Source: Macrostomum lignano | Lineage: Eukaryota | DNA: 64,000 nt | Direction of reading: 5' to 3' | Assembly (NCBI GenBank): GCA_002269645.1 | Contig: NIVC01001673.1 | Location: 124,001-188,000, forward strand | Shown: positions 40,796-53,789 of the stretch, one piece after another | Layout: each line of letters begins with the position of its first letter | Numbering within the stretch: position 1 is the first letter of the stretch | Notes under the pieces: generated by a model | Databases searched by the model: none | What the model saw: only the letters and a program-made list of their open reading frames with translations | What the model was told of the DNA's origin: nothing | Program-made: the position numbers and the translations under genes

Positions 40796-41445
40796 TTTAA
40801 GAATTAGGCCTAACTTTATTAAGAATAGATAGCATTAAGTGTTCAGATTTAAGACTAATATTAATAAGCTTTTTAACCTAGCTTCTATTCTAAATTAGTG
40901 ATAGATTGGAATATTTGGATTTAATTTTTTTTCCAAATTTCTAAATATGCTTCTAAATATGAAAAAAATCAAGAAACCTTAAAGAAGTAAAACTTTTGAA
41001 ACAAGAAAATATATGATGAAACAAATATGCAACATTTTATGTTATGTTGTTCATTTTAATTTTTTTAAAATGCAAATGCATTGACCTACACTATATTATA
41101 GGGGCTTTAGTGAGATTTTGAAAGTTCTAAATTTCTAATTTTTTACTATCTAGTATAATAGATCTTGTTTGTATGAGAAAAATACATCTCACTTTTGAAT
41201 TTAGATGAAAAATAAAAAAATAATGTAAATTTTGTCATTTTTATTCTTTATCCAATTTTTATATGTGATTGTGATTTTATACCTCATTCTTTTACATTTT
41301 TTCTCTAGTTTAAAAATTTTTTATGTTTAATTACATGTTCTCTCATATTTTTCATTTGTATTCTTACACTTTATACTTACTACTTGCCTATCAAATAATT
41401 GTTTTAACCTGCCTACATGTGCACCAAATGTTAAAACATAACATT

Positions 41446-44400
41446 TGTTGGGTTGGGGGGGTGCCGATCAATATTAAATAGTTTAATATAAAGCAGGCTT
41501 TTTAGCCGGTAAAGTTTTTCGTGCTTTGGAGCCAAAATAAAGTTTTGTCTTGACTTTATTTCACTGGCAATGAGGATGGCCACTGGGCCACTGTGTAGCA
41601 TAGGGCCGTTTGAGCCTGAGATGAAGGACTGGTCGTAATACAAGGAGCACATTGAACAAGTGTTCATTGCAAACGAAATCAAAAGCGAAGAGAAGAAGCG
41701 AGCGGTATTCCTTAGCGTGTGCGGCAAGGACACCTATAGGCTTGTCACCAGTCTTCTGGCCCCAGTTAAGCCTTCAGAGGCTTCCTTTGCTAACATCTGC
41801 AAAAAGCTTGACGATCACTGGGACCCAAAGCTGTCAGAGATTGTGCAAAGGTTCCACTTTTACCAGCGCATTTGAGAGAGCTCGGAGTCTGTGGCCGACT
41901 TCCTGGGGACACTGCGGCGTTTGGCTGTCCACTGCAACTTCGGTAACAGCTTGAGCACCATGCTGAGAGATTGTCTGGTGCTTGGCATCCAGGATGATCG
42001 CATACAGCGCAGACTCCTGTCCGAGACAGAGTTGGACCTGGACAGAGCACTGGCAATCTCCCAGGCAGTGGAGCTGGCAACCAAGGGCTGCAACTTGGTC
42101 AAGGGCTCGTCCTCAGGAACCCCGCAAGCCACCTCGGCAGCATCGGTAGACCAAGTTGGCCAGACCAATGCGGTAGCGACTCAGCAACCTGCGAAAAGGT
42201 GCTACAGGTGTCTGTCAGCAAAACACCTGGCGGCGAAGTGCCCATTCATGAAGAAGGCCTGTTTCAAGTGCGGCAAGATGGGGCACACTGCTGCAGCCTG
42301 TCGAGGAGGCGCGGACTCGGCTGGAGCTGAGCCGCGGTCGCAAGTCGCCGCTGTGGAGGAGGATAGCCAAGACGCCAAGACTGCAGCTCCCTGAACACCT
42401 TGCCCAGTGCAGCTGCCAAGGTACCGCCGTACATCACCACGGTCCTGCTCAACGGAGTGTCCTGCCAGATGGAGATGGACACGGGCGCGGCCGTATTGCT
42501 GATATCGGCTAGAGCCTATCATGACCTGCTGGGCGGGGCTCCTGAGCTCGAGCGGACCCCAATTCGACTGCGGAACTACTGTGGACAGCCGGTCAGCGTA
42601 CTCGGTCAGATCAGCGTGTCTGCAGAGATTCCAGGTAAAGCCAAGCAGCTTCTTCCTCTTCTAGTGGTATCTGGATCTGGTTCCAGCCTCATTGGTAGGA
42701 ACTGGCTGGCTGTGCTGCTGTTGAATTGGGGAAGCGTCAAGCAGCTGCACGAAGCGTCGGCTCCAAAGGATCAGCAAGTGCAGAAGTTGCTAGAGAGGTT
42801 CAGCCCCATTTTCTCGAGTGGCCTCGGCTGCTACATGGGTGAACCTCTGAAACTACAAGTGAAGCCCGGGGCGCGACCCAAGTTCATGAAGGCGCGGCAG
42901 GTACCTTTCGCTTTGAAGTCCAAAATGGAAGAGCAGCTTGAGCGGGAGATCCAGCAAGGCATTCTGCGGCTGGTCTCCAATTCGGAGTATGCGTCCCCAA
43001 TCGTGCCGGTGCTGAAGTCGGACAGCTCCGTCAGAATCTGCGCAGATTTCAAGTGCACGGTAAACCAGGACGTGGAGATGGACTGCTACCCGCTGCCAAG
43101 GATTGAGGAGTTGTTCGCCAAGCTCACTGGCGGCCAAAATTTCACCAAGCTGGACCTCAGCCAGGCATACATGCAGCTTCCTCTCGACGAAGAGTCTCAG
43201 TGCCTGTGCACCATCAACACCTCGAAGGGTTTGCTGAGGTATACAAGGCTACCATTTGGAATCTCACCAGCAGTTGGAATCTTCCAGAGAACCATGGACG
43301 GCCTGCTGCATGGTGCACAGCATACGGCAACCTTTATTGATGACGTGTTGGTGACCGGCGCCAATGACGCTGAGCACCTCGAGAATCTGGAGACTGTCCT
43401 GCAGCGCCTGAAGGATGCCGGGCTAGTGGACTGGTGTATCACCGTAAAGTCCGCAGGGGGGAGATGGGCAACTCAATTGTCCTCGGCCTTTCCAGCACTT
43501 GGGCAAGTCAGTACCCTAATGGATCCTCTTTCCAGCTGGGTGCCCTCAAGCTCAAGATGCGCCGAGGAAAGTCTGCCAAAGGGAAGGCTACTGCCAACCC
43601 TGGCATCTCCAGCAAGAGCGGGGCGCAGTCTAAGGCCCAAGGAAAGGCGCAAGCCAATCCCAAAGCCAAAGCTGCATCTCGCCCCTCTGCTAGCAGCAGT
43701 TCGGCGACCGCGGTAATGGCTCCGGCCAAGCCCCGGGAACCAAACCTGCCAGTCGGAGAAGGAGTTGAGGACGAGGCCGGGTCTTCGGAATCCGAGCTCT
43801 CCTCGGCCACCCTGGTGGGGTCTGAAGGTAAAGATGCAGGTGAGGAAGCTTCCTCCATCCTGTCATTGAAGCCTGAGGACTCTGCTGGGGGGGGGGGCCG
43901 GTGGGGGTGAGGAGGCCATGGACGTCAACCAACTCCCATCTCCCAGTCAAGCCCCAGCGGCCTGGGACGAGGACGATCTGTTGTCCAAGTCTCCTTGATG
44001 GCCCTAGGCTCTAGCCAGAAATTGCATTTAATACAGTATGACTAAGCTCTACGCTGCCAAAGGAGCGACATTCTGTCTGCAAATTAATTTACAGCATTGC
44101 GTATCTGCGTCAGTAAATCTGATGAAGATTGCTGAGCTGTACAGGCCAGGCCTCATCCTGATCCAGGAACCCTGGATACGCAACGGTAAGTTGCCCAACA
44201 TTCCCTCTGGCTACTCTGATTTTTATGTGTGTGGCCCGGGGAACAGCCGCCCTAGAGCGGCTATCCTCGCTGCTAGCCATCTCCAGGCTTGGCTGAGGAC
44301 TGATCTCTCTGATGGAGACCTTTGTGTCATCCAATCTAATCATTTCTCTCCGCGTACGTGTCTTGTTGCCTCAGTTTATATCCCAGGCGACAAAGACCCT

Positions 44401-47400
44401 GCTCCTGAGAGTTTACTGTGCCTCGCGCAATACTGCGAGTCCCAGAATGCTGAGCTGTGCTTAGGGGGCGACCTCAACGCGCACCACAAGCACTGGGGCA
44501 GCAAAGATACCAACACTAGAGGAGAGGAGCTTCTGGCCCTCATCTCTAACACAAACCTCATGCTCTGCAACCGCGGCAGCACTCCTACCTTTAATAATGG
44601 CAGATGGACCGAGGTCCTTGACGCCACACTTGTTACCCCAAGACTCTTTGACAGAGTTGAGGAGTGGAGAGTCTGGTCTGAGGAGCCCTCCCTGTCTGAC
44701 CACTGCTTTATCGCCTTTAACATCGCGGACACTAAAACCCAGTCTCCGATCACTTGGAGACGCAATATCCGCAACACTGATTGGGCGGCCTACAAGGCTG
44801 CCCTTGATCTGCACCTGCAGGAACTCACGGACTTATGTCCAATTGAGACCTGCGAGGATGTGGATCATATGGCTGAGACGCTGACAGGTTGCATTATTGA
44901 AGCCTACGAAGCGGCTTGTCCTGCTCGCGCCTACAAAGGCAAGACCTTGGCGCCGTGGTGGAACCCGAGCTGGGGAAACTCAGGCGGAAGGCCAAAAGCC
45001 TTCATCGCCGTGCCATGAAGACCGGAAACCCGGAGGACATGGAGCTTTTCCAGCAAGCCTCCCGCAATTTCAAATCTGAAGTGTGCAAGGCCAAGGAATG
45101 TAAGTGGCGCCAATTCTGCAATGAATTGGATCAAGACAGACCTACTTCTAGGCTTGTCAAGGCCCTTACAATGGACAAAATGTCCAAATTAGCCATGATC
45201 AAAAAAGATGATGGCTCTCTTACTAAAGACCCTGAAGAAGTGCTTCAGCATATGCTTAGCACATTCTTCCCGAGGGTACCTACTGCTAGACCGGAGCCCA
45301 ACCATTCGATGGATGGAGCCACCCTAGCGGCGGGCATTGTCACTGAAGACCTAATCGCTCGTGCGGTCAGAACCTTCAAACCTTTCAAATCTCCTGGACC
45401 TGATGATATCTACCCTGTTCTCCTTCGTGAAGCAGCCAAGATACCCTCGTTCCTGAGACTCACCCGCAATCTTATGCAGGCCTCTATCCAGCTGGGATAC
45501 ATTCCCAAATGCTGGACTGAAGCTTGGGTAGTCTTTATTCCCAAACCTGGGAAGGGTGACTACCAAAGCGTCAAGGCCTTCCGGCCTATTAGCTTAACGT
45601 CAGCAATGCTTAAGCTCACTGAGAGGCTTATTCTCTGGCGGCTGCTGTCCTGCGAGCTGACAACGATGCCCCTCAGCAATAATCAGCACGCCTTCCATAC
45701 CGGGAGGTCGACTGACAGCGCCCTGCATGCGATTGTCGAGAAGATTGAAAGGGCGGTACTGGGTGACGATTACGCTCTGGCTCTCTTTCTTGACATTGTT
45801 GGTGCCTTCGACAACGTTATCTTTGAAGCGTTTCAGAGGGCCCTTCAAAATCGCAAAGCTCATGCTACCCTCATACGGTGGATCATGTACATGATCTCCA
45901 ACCGTACAGTCACTGCCCAACTTCTTGGGCAAACTGCCTCCACCAGAGTCTGTAAGGGTGGACCCCAAGGCGGAGTCCTCACCCCGATGCTCTGGAACCT
46001 GGTCATGGACGCTCTTTTGAGTGACTCCCAACCCGACCCCGTCTTCAAAGTCGGGTATGCTGATGACATCATGGCCATTGTGGCAGGACCATCTCCCAGC
46101 ACGCTCAGGGATCTAATGCAGAGCTTTATCCGCAAAGCAGAATCCTGGGCCAATGACAATGGTCTGGAACTCTCTGAGCCCAAAACCGTTGCCATTATGT
46201 TTACCAGCAGACTACGCTGGAACATACGTCCTCTGCAGCTCTACGGCAGAGATATTGCCTTCGTGCACCAGACCAGATGTCTTGGGGTCATACTTGACCA
46301 CCGGCTCAACTGGTCCTCCCACGTGAAAGCAAAAGCCAAGCGTGCCTCAGCCATCCTGGCCCAGCTCCGACGAGCACTTGGCACTTCTTGGGGTCTATCC
46401 CCAAAGCAGCTTTGGTGGATCTATACTTCCGTAGTTAGACCTGCCATTACGTACGCCTCTGTTGTCTGGGTTAGCGCTACCCAGGTCAAAAGCCATGCAG
46501 ACCTGCTCAACACGATCCAAGGCAGAGCGTGTAGGCTCATCTGCAACGCCACTAGGTCCATGCCCTTTGCTGGCATGGGGGCCTTCCTTAATCTTCCGCC
46601 TCTTGACCTCTTCATCAGGGGTGAGGCGGCTAGAACGACGCGGCGTCTAATTGATGCCGGCGTCAAATTCATTTACATGAGAGCACCTGCTAAGCGGAAC
46701 CTTGTCCCGCATAGCGATCTGTGCCTCAACTTTCTCAACGAGTGTCAGGCCAATCGCATCTTCACCAATGGCATTGCCTCAATGCTCAACCTGAGACAGC
46801 GCTACTCCGTAGCTATTGACTCGCGCGATAACATCAATGACCATTGGAACCCTGGTGAGCTTCATTGCTACACCGACGGTTCTAAGCAGTCAGCCAACAC
46901 CGGCTTTGGTGTTGGAATCTTTCTGAACAGGAGGGTCATCGCTACCCACACTCAATACACTGGGGTCAACTCCAGTGTTTTCCAAAATGAAGTTCTGGCC
47001 ATCAGCTCCTGCACTGCAGAGCTTCTCGCCACTGGCGTTATCGGTAAGAACATCATTTTCTATTCGGACAGCCAAGCTGCCTTGCACGCCATCAGTGGCT
47101 GCAGCACCAACTCTGCTACAGTCCTTGACTGTATCAAACTCCTAAATGTGTTGGGTTCCGCCAACAAAATTACCCTTAAGTGGGTTCCGGGGCATGTGGG
47201 GATCCGAGGAAATGAGTTGGCTGACACCCTTGCAAAAGTTGGTGCCTCCGGCTCCTCTCTCGGCCCCGAACCTCTTGTCCCAATTCCTTGCTGTGTCATC
47301 GACTTGCACATCAAAGTGTGGATCAGGACTCAGCACCACTCGACTTGGGCGAACCGCACAAATTGCAGGCAATCCAGAGGCGCTGTCCCTCAGCCCTCTC

Positions 47401-48495
47401 ACCAGCTCCGGAAGCTCCTCTTGCGCCTCTCGCGCAGAGACATCCGGGCTGCCACCATGACCCTCTCTGGTCACGGCTGCTTCTCCAGGCACCAGCACCT
47501 GCAGGGCAACGCCACCAACGCCACCTGTAGCTTCTGCAACTCAGGTGACAAAACCGCTGAGCATTTCGTCAGCATCTGTCCCGCCTTCACGCGGGCCAGA
47601 CTCACTTACCTTGGGGCCACACACATCTATTACTGAAGTGTGCAAACCCGAAAACTTTAATCAGCTCATGCGCTACCTTCGGGCCACCCGCAGGGCTGAA
47701 CTATCCTTTCCAGAGAGCACCATAGCTGCTGGTGACACTGGGGGACCTCCCTGGGCGGCGCCAACCCTCCGTCCATAGCGACGCGTCGGCCGTTCAGGGA
47801 CTAGCGGAATAGGCGCCCGCGCCTTCCCGCTGTGTCCCCTCCGGGACAGCCCTGCAGCTAAGTCAAGTAAGTAAGCCGGGCTGAAGTGCCGGCTTGACAA
47901 ATGCTGCTTCATGGAGAATTCGGTGACCTATTTGGGGCATCAGATTGACGCCCAGGGCCTACAGAACCTGAAAAGCACTTGAAATCTTGAAAGCACTTGC
48001 AAGACAAAAGCAACAGAACTTGCAAAAAAAAAGAAAAACCCAACACCCAAAAAAACTGTCAGTCTTTGTCAGATCAAGTTCACTCGTAGGTCAGTCGATC
48101 CGGTGCCCTTGTAGTCCTCTCCAAACGCTGCAGCATCGGGGGTGGCAGCAGCGGCGGCGCCGGCGGCGGCAGCGGGGGCGGTGGCGCTTCAGACGTTGTC
48201 ACTGACGGAGTCAGAAGCTGTGGCGCCGCCCCACCTGACTGAGCCAATCCTGCCGCTTGCTCAGGTGAGATTGTCGTCGGAACCAGGTGGTCGGCAAGCC
48301 GCCGCACAATGCACTCATCGGGCAGGCGGCACTTGTAGGACAGCGGCCCGGTCTGGCGGCTCACGGAGGCCGGCGCCCACTTCTCCAGACCATTAAAGTC
48401 GCGCACCAAGACACCGTCGCCTTCTTCGAAGTTGTGATCCCTGGCTTTCCTCAGGCGATCCTCAGGCCTACAGAACCTGAGAAGCACTTGAAATC
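41446..48495 (+). mobile_element. Ty3/Gypsy (Mag-like) LTR retrotransposon, degenerate, interrupted by a LINE and 3'-rearranged
   Basis: PBS-like TGGCAATGAGG at 41565, gag ATG at 41576 with internal stops, two CCHC knuckles, protease DTGA, RT LDLSQAY and FIDD. RT resumes at 47875 (AGLKCRLDKCCF...YLGHQID). An integrase C-terminal piece is inverted at ~48080-48470. The 5' LTR boundary is approximate. Confidence 0.88.
43425..47874 (+). mobile_element. Non-LTR retrotransposon with APE-RT-RNase H-CCHC ORF2 (R1/LOA/I-group-like), one frameshift
   Basis: 8-bp TSD GCCGGGCT at 43417-43424 and 47875-47882. Motifs QINLQH, IQEPW, GGDLNAHH, SDH, QGGVLTP, YADD, YTDGSK, SDSQAAL, WVPGH..GNELAD, C..C....AEH...C. 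Tail AAGTCAAGTAAGTAA. Frame change near 44966. Confidence 0.93.
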
Positions 48496-50601
48496 CTTAA
48501 ATACTTTGTAATTATGTACAATTAAGAAGAAATAGACATGTATTCTGTTTTTTGCCATTCAAAATGATGCAAATGTCTTAAAACTGTTATTCACTTGTTA
48601 ATGTAGTAGGTACTCTAGGCTCTAAGCACAGAAAAATGCAGCTTATTATGAAAATGGCACTTATTCTATCATGTTCTTCAATAAATTCTATATTAGAAAA
48701 TCCATGGCCAGATCACAGATTTTGACATTGCCCATTTGAAAAAGTGAAACAAAGTAAATAAATATGACTTTTGGTGGAATCTGAAACTTAAGAAAAAAAA
48801 TGGTCCTAAAATAGCCTTTTTGTATGTAGAATGTAGTTGAAATCACGATTTTATATAAAAATGTATTGTTTCTTAGAAAAATTAAAATATGAAACATTAT
48901 TTTTATGACAGTCACAGTTGCAAAATTCTCTCAAAAATTGTGAAACTTTACTCCAATGTAACTTTTGTCAAATTTATCCAATCAATCTAGATTTTAAAGC
49001 ATTTTTATTGCTCTTTTAAAATGTATTTACTCATTATTTGTATTCTATATTATATTACTTTTTTGCATTTATAAACAGCACTGTTTTGGTCATATTTTGC
49101 ATTTTTAATTCACACCACAATCTCATTAGAGTCCCTACTTATAGTAAAGTTTTCAAATTGCACAAATGTAACATTAGTTGGTATTAGTATTGATAATTAG
49201 AATTAGCTAGATTAGTTGTATAAAGATTAAGTTCAATTCAAACCTATTTACTCTTTATTAAATTTTAATTCTTGCAATTCATTTGAAGAGTAGACTAGTT
49301 ATTTTTTTAGATAACTCATTAAATAACAAGATATTATTGTTACTTCAAAATATTATAGTTACTCCCACCATTTACCTTTTACTTTTTGCTTACATTTGGA
49401 AACACATTTGGATATTTGGATTTACATTTGGAATCTAAATTTGGATTTGGTTTTAGAAACTTGCAAAAATCAACATTTGCTCTATTATTATTCTAAATAT
49501 AATAAATTGTTTGACCTTTTGCTTTAGACCTTAATATAAAAGTAAAATGATTAGGAATAATATATATAAGTGATTTTTTATATCATTGACCTTATTTTTT
49601 CTTAAATATAATTTATTAGTATATAAAATTTATACAAATTAATATTAATAGAGGCATCATAAAATCTCAATGAGATAAGATTCAAGTTAAGGTCTCAATT
49701 TTTTCTTGTCTCAAGAAATCTCTTAAGTTTCTTGAAAAAAATTCAAAACAAGATTCAATAATTTTTTTAATATTTACATTTAAAAATGGGGGGATGAGAA
49801 ATAAAAAGACAAATTTTTTTTATAAATATACCTGTTTGTTGTATTATGCTTAATATACATGTGCAACCTTTTGATTTACACTGGCCATGAAATTTAATTT
49901 TTGATCAAAATGCAAATTACCTAACATATGTTTTAGCATGTATGATAATCAGTAAGGTAAATTTTAAAAAAATCAAGTTCTGGCTAATGTTAGGCAGTTT
50001 TAGTCAATTAACAAACATGGTTATATATGTATTATTTTGGTTTTGTGACAAGGTATATAATAGCAGACTCAACAAAATCTAAAAATGAATTTTAGAATTG
50101 CATCTTGTCTTGTATTGTCTTGAATCTTGTCTCAAATAAAATCTAAAATTTTGATAGCTCAGTATTAATTTATTATTAACTTAATTAAACTGATATTAAT
50201 AATAATACTATATTCTGGAAGATGTAGTGAATGCTATCATTTTCTGTTGTACATTCTAAAACCTCCGCATGCATGGCATACAAAAGGAAAAAAGTATAAT
50301 TTTCAACGTGCACAAAAGTCTTTGTGGTTATTGATTTTTTGCCATAAGTATTTGTCAATAGACAAAATATTGTAAAAAATGTTTTTAATTTTGGAGTTTA
50401 ATTTTTTAATTAGGAAAGGAAATAGAAAAATAGTAACATTCTAAATGCCAGATATTTGTTCCGATTTTGGTCTACAATTCTTAAGCAGTAAATTGTGGTA
50501 TTTACATATGCCTTATGTTTGTTGGTTTAGAGAGACAGCAAGTGCTAATCCATACTGCTTCAGTGTTTCTAAACCTCCAATCGATTCCCAAATTCAAACA
50601 G

Positions 50602-53233
50602 ATCGCTTTCAACACGGCCTGAAAACTGAGCGCTTTGTACCATCCGATGGCGCCAGCCAAGGCGCCCAGGACGCGCTGAGCAGCCTCGCCAGTGACGGCA
50701 CTGGCGCCTGCCGCTGCCTGGCTTACAGCGCCAATGGCGAATTCTTTGCCCACTGCAACAGCGCAGGTGTGAAAGTGCGCAGTCTGGCCACCAACTCTAC
50801 TGTTGACCTGCCGCACCCCAAGGCCGCCCAGCTGGCATTCTCGCCCTGCGGCACGGTGCTGGCCGTGTGGGAGCAGTACGCCGTCACCAGCGACAATCCG
50901 CAGGGCTCGCCCAATATGAATATGTACGACTCTAGCACTGGGAAATTGCTCAAGTCATTTGTGCACAAGAAGGCCGACACTTGGCGACCGTCTTGGACTG
51001 ACGACAGTGTTGTGTGCGCTCGCGGCGTCACCGGGGAGGTCCACTGTTATCAGGTGCGCCTTTGTGGGTGGATTCTGACTGTAGCATTTTAATTAATTTC
51101 CTGTGGCTCCTAGTTCCGGTCAGCTTCAGTTTGAGTAGCTTGATGACTTCTGATTAACTCAAAAATTGAGTGCCTTGAATCCTACTTAGTTTGAGTTCCA
51201 ATCAGTTTGAATCCCAATCAGTTTGAATCCCATTCAGTTTGAGTTCCAATCAGTTTGAGTTGCAATCAGTTTGAGTTCCAATCAGTTTGAGCTGCAATCA
51301 GTTTGAGTTGCAATCAGTTTGAGTTCCAATCAGTTTGAGCTGCAATCAGTTTGAGTTGCAATCAGTTTGAGTTCCAATCAGTTTGAGCTGCAATCAGTTT
51401 GAGTTCCAATCAGTTTGAGTTGCAATCAGTTTGAGTTGCAATCAGTTTGAGCTGCAATCAGTTTGAGTTGCAATCAGTTTGAATCCCAATCAGTTTGAAT
51501 CCCAATCAGTTTGAATCCCAATCAGTTTGAATCCCAATCAGTTTGAATCCCAATCAGTTTGAATCCCAATCAGTTTGAATCCCAATCAGTTTGAATCCCA
51601 CTACTGCTCAAACTGTTCCAGGACCGAGACTTTTCAAGCATGCGCTGCCGGCTGTCCATCGCGGGCCTGGCCGCGTACTCCATGTCCCCCGGCCGCTCGG
51701 ACGCCTGCCACGTGGCCGCCTTCATCCCGGGCAGCCGCGGCCAGCCGCACAGTGTCCGGGTGTTCCGCTACCCGGACCTCAGCCCGACCGCCCCCGTGGC
51801 CAACAAGTCCCTCTACAAAGCCGAGAGCGTCAGCTTCCAGTGGAACCGGCGCGGCACCGACCTGCTGCTGCTGACTGCCTCGGAGGTGTCGAAGGACTCC
51901 TATTACGGTGAGCAGGGCCTGCACTACCTGTCTGTGCGGGGCGAGTCCTGCGCCGTGCCGCTGCAGAAGGCCGGCCCGATCTACCACACGGAGTGGCACC
52001 CGGACTGCACCCAGTTCGTGGTGACCGCCGGCTCCATGCCCGCCAAGACCACCGTGTTCAACCTGCGCTGCGAGCCCGTTTTCGACTTCGGCACGGGGCC
52101 CCGCAACGTGACCTACTTTAACCCGTTCGGCAACATCCTGTGCCTGGCCGGCTTCGGCAATCTTAAAGGCGACGTTGAGCTGTGGGACTTCGCCAACAAG
52201 CGCCTCATGGCCAAGCTGCTCGTGCCGGACGCCACGCAGTTCCAGTGGTGCTCGGACGGCGTGCACTTTGTTGCGGCCACCACTTCGCCCAGGCTGCGGG
52301 TGAACAACTGCCTGACCGTGTACCACTACTCGGGCAAGGTGATGGCCAGGCGCGACTTCGACTGCCTGCTGGAGGTGGCCTGGCGGCCCCAACCCGCCTG
52401 CGAGCCGCCCAAGCTGCGCTATGACACCAGCAAGTCGTTCCAGGCCATCACGCAGCAGACCCAGGCGACTCGGTGAGCAGCTTGTCTCTGATTCTGAAGG
52501 ATTATCATTGTCCAGTGAAGAGCTGCTCAAATGTGTGATGGTTTTGTTCCAAATTAAATGTTTATGAGACATTAACTTAGGAGGTTCAAGTCCAGATTAT
52601 AGGAAACTCAAGAAATGACTCTTAAGAAAGTCCGCCACATGACCTGGAGTTTCACGCATACTGTTTACATGCGAATTGCAATAGTGCCACTGTTTTGCAA
52701 TGTCACACAATAGGATGCTCGCATTCTTTCCTTGCTACTTTTTCAGTAGTAGCTGATTCTGTCAATTTCCTCAATCCCCCGACCGGGCCCGCAGGTACGT
52801 GCCGCCGCACCTGCGCAACCGGGACTCGGGCTCGGCCAGCCAGCAGGCCCAGCCGCGCCAGCAGCAGCAGCTGCACAACTACGAGCTGCCGTCCAATCAG
52901 CGGCCGGCGGCTGACGGCGCGGCCGGCGGCCTCAGCAAGGCGGCCGTGAAGAACCAGCGCAAGAAAGAGCGCAAGCGGGCCGCCGCAACCGCTGGCGCTC
53001 CCGAGGCCGCTGCGGCTGGCGAGCAGCCTGGCGGTGGCGGAGCGCTGGCCAGCTTCGAGTCCACGGGAGACGCCGAGAAGGACAAACGGGCCAAAGCCAT
53101 CCTGCGCAAGCTGCAGCAGATTGACAAGCTGCGCGCTGACCAGGCGGCCGGCAAGCAGCTGGAGCTCAACCAGATGGAGAAGCTCAAAACTGAGGACGAG
53201 CTGCGGCAGAAGCTGGATGAGCTGTACCTGTGA
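50602..53233 (+). CDS. EIF2A: Eukaryotic translation initiation factor 2A; exons 50602-51053, 51622-52472, 52795-53233, plus an upstream exon 1
   Basis: WD40 beta-propeller motifs, SYYGEQGLHY, FDFGTGPRN, LAGFGNLKG, PRLRVNN, YVPPHLRN and QLELNQMEK. GT-AG introns keep phase. Confidence 0.93.
51190..51600. repeat. 16-bp repeat (T/G)(C/G)CAATCAGTTTGA(A/G)T in an eIF2A intron
   Basis: About 25 units. Confidence 0.92.
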
Positions 53234-53469
53234 CCCCCGATGTTCTGACTGAGATTCCGACTCATAATAACTGCTCCTATTTCTGTTTGCTGCCGCTTGA
53301 GAGAAGGAAATATAATTTGGACTTCTGTTCCCGTTTTTGTTTTGTTTCTTTTGAGATTGCATTGTGAGATTTGGTGCTTTTTGCTCCTTCTGTTTGTATT
53401 TACTGGTGTTTATGAATAGGAAATAAGCTGAACCACCGACACCTGATGTCCCAAGACCCTCCCATATCC

Positions 53470-53630
53470 TCAGTTCTTGGACCACCCTCAGATCCTCAGT
53501 TGCTGGGCCAGCCTCCCAGATCCTCAGTTGCTGGGCCAGCCTCCCAGATCCTCAGCTGCTTGGCCAGCCTCCCAGATCCTCAGCTGCTTGGCCAGCCTCA
53601 GATCATCAGCTGCTTGGCAACCCTCAGATC
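53470..53630. repeat. 27-bp degenerate repeat between eIF2A and RPL27A
   Basis: CCTCAG(T/C)TGCT(G/T)GGCCAGCCTCCCAGAT, about 5 units. Confidence 0.8.
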
Positions 53631-53789
53631 CTTATGGTTAAAAATAGGCTGTGTTGACAAGTCAATCACTCTGTTTGGCTTTAACTTTTTTGTTCGCACG
53701 TGCCTACTACAAGTAGCAATCTAAACAAAAAAGGCAAATTTTAATTTTGGAAACCGCAAACTGAATTTGCAGCTCCAGGCCGGTCCGCC

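Noticed and set aside
49655-50165. Possible MITE from TGAGATAAGATTCAAG and CTTGAATCTTGTCTCA
   Set aside because: Only ~16 bp of inverted match in very AT-rich DNA, with no clear ends or TSD.
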